A stretch of 45,977 nt of DNA, from positions 1-45,977 of the forward strand of contig JBIJBT010000011.1 of assembly GCA_044345055.1 (NCBI GenBank), given 5' to 3'. The notes below the pieces were generated by a model, which saw only the letters and a list, made by a program, of their open reading frames with translations, was not told where the DNA came from and searched no databases. The stretch comes from Bdellovibrionota bacterium (GTDB lineage: Bacteria; Bdellovibrionota_C; UBA2361; OMIW01). Below are positions 37,881 to 45,977 of this stretch, one piece after another (the stretch's first letter is position 1; each line of letters starts with the position of its first letter). The translations under genes and the position numbers were made by a program.

Positions 37881-40106
37881 TTGAAAAGGCCGTTGCCATT
37901 GATGGTTTCCCTCATGTACCTGGATGCGATTCGCTCCGCTATCAAGGCTTACTACCCACTTCCAGATATCTCCCTCGTGGAGAGGGCCTACGCGTTCGCC
38001 GAGGACCAGCACCGAGGACAGGTCCGTGCCTCTGGAGAACCTTACTTCACTCATCTAGTCGAGACCGCGCTCCTTGCGTGTCATCTTAAACTCGACCTTC
38101 CCTCCATTGCAGCGGCACTTTTACACGATACCATCGAGGATTCGATGGTCGAGAAATCCGATCTTGCGAACCGCTTCGGGATTGATGTTGCCGAAATTGT
38201 CGATGGGGTCACCAAATTAACTCGCATAGAGTTTGAATCGAAAGAGGAGAGACAAGCGGAGAGTTTTCGGAAGATGCTCCTCGCGATGTCTCGAGACATT
38301 CGGGTCTTGCTCGTAAAGTTGTGCGATCGGCTCCACAACATGAGAACGTTGCATCATCTATCAGATGAAAAACGTCGCAGAATTGCGCAGGAGACCCTCG
38401 ATATTTACGCGCCGCTCGCCAATCGTCTCGGTATCTATTGGCTCAAATCTGAATTGGAAGACGCAAGTCTACTCTTTTTGCGTCCCGAAATTTATCACCT
38501 ATTGCGCGAAAATCTCGGCAAGACAGCCGAAGAACGGGCTCAATATATCAAAGAGGCGACCACCGCTATCGCGGCAGCACTTGAAGAGAGTGGAGTCCCT
38601 GGTCAGGTGAGTGGGCGAGCCAAGCATCTCTACTCGATTTGGCAAAAGATGGAGCGCAGCAATCTGGCCTTCGACGAAGTTCATGATCTGCTCGGATTCC
38701 GCATTTTAGTCGACTCAGTTCGGGCCTGCTATGAAACGTTAGGCGTTGTTCACTCGAAGTGGCTTCCTGTCCCGGATAGGTTCAAGGACTACATCGCGAT
38801 GCCGAAACCGAATATGTACCAGTCGCTCCATACGACTCTGATTGGGCCGGCGGGAAATCGGATAGAGATTCAGATTCGGACGCACGATATGCATCGCGTC
38901 GCCGAAGAGGGTATTGCAGCCCACTGGCGATACAAGGAATCGGGTAGCTCAGCGATGCAGAGTGTGCCGAGTAATTTCGATCTTCGGTGGGTAAAGGATC
39001 TCGTCGAGAGTCAGCAGTATCTCAAAAACCCAGACGAATTCATCCAGTCAGTTAAAGGAGAGCTCTTCCCCGAGGATGTATTCGTTTTCACCCCAAAAGG
39101 CGATCCAATTCGGCTTGCTGCGCGATCCACTCCCGTTGATTTCGCGTACGCTGTTCACACCGATATCGGGCATAGGACGGTTGGAGCTAAGGTAAATGGT
39201 CAGATAGTTCCGCTTGATTATCATCTGCAAAGTGGAGATTCAATCGAGATTCTGACATCAAAAAGTCATGTGCCGAGCAAAGATTGGCTTCGTTTTGTCC
39301 AATCTGCCAAGGCAAAACAACGGATTCGGGCATTCATTAAGCTAGAAGAGCGATCTCGAAGCCTGGCGTTTGGTCTTGAAACATTAACGAAAGAGCTTCG
39401 CCGAGCGAAGCTTAATCTCCGCAAATTGGAGAAAGAGGGGAAGATAGCTGAGGTAGCTCAGCTTCTGGGTATGCGAACTGAGGGGGATCTGTACGCCGAG
39501 ATTGGTTACGGAAAACTCCCGATCGGAAAGGTCGTTGCGAAGTTTCTCCCTGAAGGTGAAACCCTGAGTGAAGAGGCGGCGGTTGAGCCATCACCGCTGA
39601 AGCGAATTTTTGAGCGAGCGGCTCGAGAATCGAGGTCGCGAGTAGGGGTTACCGTAGGAGGTATTTCCGATGTGGTCGTGCGTTTTGCCCGTTGTTGCGA
39701 GCCACTACCAGGAGATAGAATTATAGGGTTTATCACTCGGGGAAGGGGAGTTACCGTTCACGATGCTGATTGCGCACAGGTCCACGGCATGGATCCGTTA
39801 CGGTGTGTCGAGGTGAAGTGGGACGGAGAGGTACAAACTGCTCGAAAGGTCAGAATAACAGTCCATTCGCGCGATACTGTGGGTCTTTTAGCCTCTATGA
39901 GCCAGGCAATAGCTGCTCATGGAGCCAATATCATGAGTGCGCAATGTCGTACAACATCGGCAGGTAAGGCGATCAACAGCTTTGAGCTTTCGATACTCGA
40001 TGCCCGTCAACTCGATAAAGTAAGACGCGCACTCGAGATGCTCCCGGGGGTAACTCGTGTTGAGCGTATTTGTCATCTATCTCAGACTTTTTTAGTCGAT
40101 GACTAG
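37881..40106 (+). CDS. spoT: Bifunctional (p)ppGpp synthetase/hydrolase Rel/SpoT
   Basis: HD domain (R.SGEPY..H, LLHDTIED), synthetase (RFKD, YQSLHT, EIQIRT), TGS, CC and ACT domains; follows rpoZ. Confidence 0.96.
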   Translation: MKRPLPLMVSLMYLDAIRSAIKAYYPLPDISLVERAYAFAEDQHRGQVRASGEPYFTHLVETALLACHLKLDLPSIAAALLHDTIEDSMVEKSDLANRFGIDVAEIVDGVTKLTRIEFESKEERQAESFRKMLLAMSRDIRVLLVKLCDRLHNMRTLHHLSDEKRRRIAQETLDIYAPLANRLGIYWLKSELEDASLLFLRPEIYHLLRENLGKTAEERAQYIKEATTAIAAALEESGVPGQVSGRAKHLYSIWQKMERSNLAFDEVHDLLGFRILVDSVRACYETLGVVHSKWLPVPDRFKDYIAMPKPNMYQSLHTTLIGPAGNRIEIQIRTHDMHRVAEEGIAAHWRYKESGSSAMQSVPSNFDLRWVKDLVESQQYLKNPDEFIQSVKGELFPEDVFVFTPKGDPIRLAARSTPVDFAYAVHTDIGHRTVGAKVNGQIVPLDYHLQSGDSIEILTSKSHVPSKDWLRFVQSAKAKQRIRAFIKLEERSRSLAFGLETLTKELRRAKLNLRKLEKEGKIAEVAQLLGMRTEGDLYAEIGYGKLPIGKVVAKFLPEGETLSEEAAVEPSPLKRIFERAARESRSRVGVTVGGISDVVVRFARCCEPLPGDRIIGFITRGRGVTVHDADCAQVHGMDPLRCVEVKWDGEVQTARKVRITVHSRDTVGLLASMSQAIAAHGANIMSAQCRTTSAGKAINSFELSILDARQLDKVRRALEMLPGVTRVERICHLSQTFLVDD

Positions 40107-40147
40107 CGCGGGAGAGTATTTTTTTAGGGCCAAAAGAGCGACCTGTC

Positions 40148-41260
40148 ATGAAAGTCCGCACCCATCTTGTCCTCTCTTTAAGTGTTTTCGTCTTCTCGGT
40201 GGTAACGCTTGTCGCTGCATTAACGATTCGGGGCGAGCCAGTTCGAGCTAGAGATCAAATTGACAGAGCTTCGCGGTCTGCGGATGAACAGCGGACAATT
40301 GATGTTTACAAATCGGTTAACGAAGCGGTTGTCTTTGTGACAACAATTACACTGGAATACGATCCATTTGAATTTTTCATGGAGTACCAGCCCCGAGAGG
40401 GAACGGGCTCTGGAGTAATCGTTGATGCTCGTCGCGGAATTGTTCTAACCAATAATCATGTGATCGGTAACGCTCATCGGATTGAGGTTACTCTCGCCGA
40501 TGGGAAAAACTACAAGGCTAGCCTAGTTGGAAGCGATCCTGAGACAGATATTGGAGTTATTCAGATTGTCGCTCCTCCACCAAATTTGAGCTCAGTGACA
40601 TTTGGTGACTCGACGGCCCTTGAGATTGGTCAGAGCGTCCTAGCGATTGGCAATCCATTCGGATTGAGCCGCACCCTAACTCAAGGGATTGTGTCGAGCC
40701 TCGACCGGACAGTTAAAAGTCCAACTGGGAGCATCTTGCGTGGATTAATTCAGACCGATGCTGCGATAAACCCAGGCAATTCGGGTGGACCACTTCTTGA
40801 TGCCGATGGAAGACTGATTGGAATCAATACAGCCATTTTAAGCCAGTCAGGAGATTCTGCTGGAATCGGTTTTGCGATACCGATAGACGGTATTCGCAAA
40901 GTTCTACCTGAGCTAATTCGGACTGGAAAAATAGCTCGCCCAGCGATGGGGTGGGCTCTAGTTGATACGAATCAGGGTCCAATGGTGTTTCGCACTCAGG
41001 CCGGAGGCCCATCTGATCAGGCCGGGCTCGTGGCAATTGAGCGTCGTGTAGGAAATGAATTCCTGCGAGGAGTCATCCGTGATACGAATGGAGCCGATCT
41101 CATCGTGAGCATTAACGAACAGCCGGTCTCTGATCGGGCTCAGGTAGAAGACCTAATCAAACAGAACAGCCCCGCAGACAAGCCAATTCGACTCATTGTT
41201 CGACAAGGCAGCAAGCGAGGGCGTGAAAGAGAGGTCATTGTTCGGCCTCTTGTGCGGTAA
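40148..41260 (+). CDS. HtrA/DegP-like trypsin serine protease with one PDZ domain
   Basis: Triad TNNHV, ETDIG, AINPGNSGGPL; N-terminal TM. Confidence 0.93.
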   Translation: MKVRTHLVLSLSVFVFSVVTLVAALTIRGEPVRARDQIDRASRSADEQRTIDVYKSVNEAVVFVTTITLEYDPFEFFMEYQPREGTGSGVIVDARRGIVLTNNHVIGNAHRIEVTLADGKNYKASLVGSDPETDIGVIQIVAPPPNLSSVTFGDSTALEIGQSVLAIGNPFGLSRTLTQGIVSSLDRTVKSPTGSILRGLIQTDAAINPGNSGGPLLDADGRLIGINTAILSQSGDSAGIGFAIPIDGIRKVLPELIRTGKIARPAMGWALVDTNQGPMVFRTQAGGPSDQAGLVAIERRVGNEFLRGVIRDTNGADLIVSINEQPVSDRAQVEDLIKQNSPADKPIRLIVRQGSKRGREREVIVRPLVR

Positions 41261-41433
41261 GCAAGAAGCCGACAAAAAACGCCCAATTTTGGCGCTTTTT
41301 GAGCACTTACAAAGCTCCGATCAGCTAACACCTTACGAACCAAAATCAAATCGTATCAATCGGCGTTTTAAAAATTACTGCGATCTCAAACAAAAAATAT
41401 CTGAAATCTTTCACGTTTTTTTCAAAAATACCC

Positions 41434-41462
41434 TTGACGCACCCCTGCCCGTTCTGTAGAGT
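41434..41462 (+). promoter_or_regulatory. rRNA operon promoter
   Basis: TTGACG-17 nt-TAGAGT with AT-rich UP-element-like tract upstream, about 340 nt before the 16S. Confidence 0.7.
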
Positions 41463-41804
41463 CCTGCCTCACCGAAGCACGGTAAACGAAGCGACGAAAA
41501 CGAAGCTTCTGAAACGAAAAGCTAAAGCAATTCGTTAAACTGAGAATCGGGGTATTGTTAACGCGATACACAATCGAATATGGGTAGAAGTCACAGCAAA
41601 GCGAGCTTGTGAATTTGGGTGTGAGAGCATTTAAGTTTGTGAGTAAGCTTTAGCAGCAGTCATACTTTGAGAGTTAGTTTTCCGAGCTCAAGAGATTGAG
41701 GTCTGTTTAGGGTCTAGGTAAAAGATTTGCTCATGTGTTGGTTGGTTGTGTTAGGTAACTAGCATGATGAATTTGGCGCATTAAGTAGCAGTGGCAGATT
41801 AAAA

Positions 41805-43321
<1,517 letters not shown>

Positions 43322-43602
43322 AGGAGTCCTTGAAGGGTGAACATCTTCTGAAAGGAAGAATAAGTTCCCCGAGTCTATATAAGGACACCTAGGTAAGAAT
43401 CCTAAATACGACGATGACTAATTTAAGAAAGTGGTGACTGTTGCTATCTGCCACGGCTGTGATTTCTATCGATACTCGAAAGGGTGTCACGACAATTTGG
43501 TAAGGGTAGAAGAGCTAAGAGCATCTAATAACGATGTCAAAGAGAGTGGGAACTCTCGAGCGCAACACTATTACCGCAAGGTAATAGAGAGCTTAAAAGT
43601 AT

Positions 43603-45977
<2,375 letters not shown>

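Overview
Bacterial chromosomal window of about 50% GC, mostly housekeeping genes, ending in an rRNA operon (complete 16S, tRNA-less spacer, 23S cut off by the window edge). Gene content (carD-ispD, eukaryote-type proS, DUF721/DciA, tRNA-Val next to rpmI-rplT) and the 16S suggest a Gram-negative deltaproteobacteria/Bdellovibrionota-like lineage; this is inference, not a database result. Recognisable genes: recA, lexA, ugd, lnt, eno, ftsB, an OprB-type porin, ctpA, tRNA-Val(GAC), rpmI, rplT, rimI, pyrD, carD, ispD, proS, rsmE, fliL, rpoZ, rel/spoT and an HtrA-type protease. No transposase, integrase, CRISPR array or prophage was seen. The best candidate for an undescribed system is a translationally coupled two-gene cassette at 14265-18034 (minus strand): a small acidic protein plus an 1146-aa protein with a putative winged-HTH, an apparently degenerate phosphoesterase-like region and a fully intact calcineurin-like metallophosphoesterase domain. 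Other notable points: an lnt frame with no canonical start codon for its N-terminal third, a candidate non-canonical SOS box over the lexA promoter, several pseudo-enzymes (P-loop-less CooC-like protein, Asp-to-His receiver, protease-less M48/TerB-like module), an orphan with an internal duplication, and a ~900-bp promoter-rich non-coding region upstream of carD.
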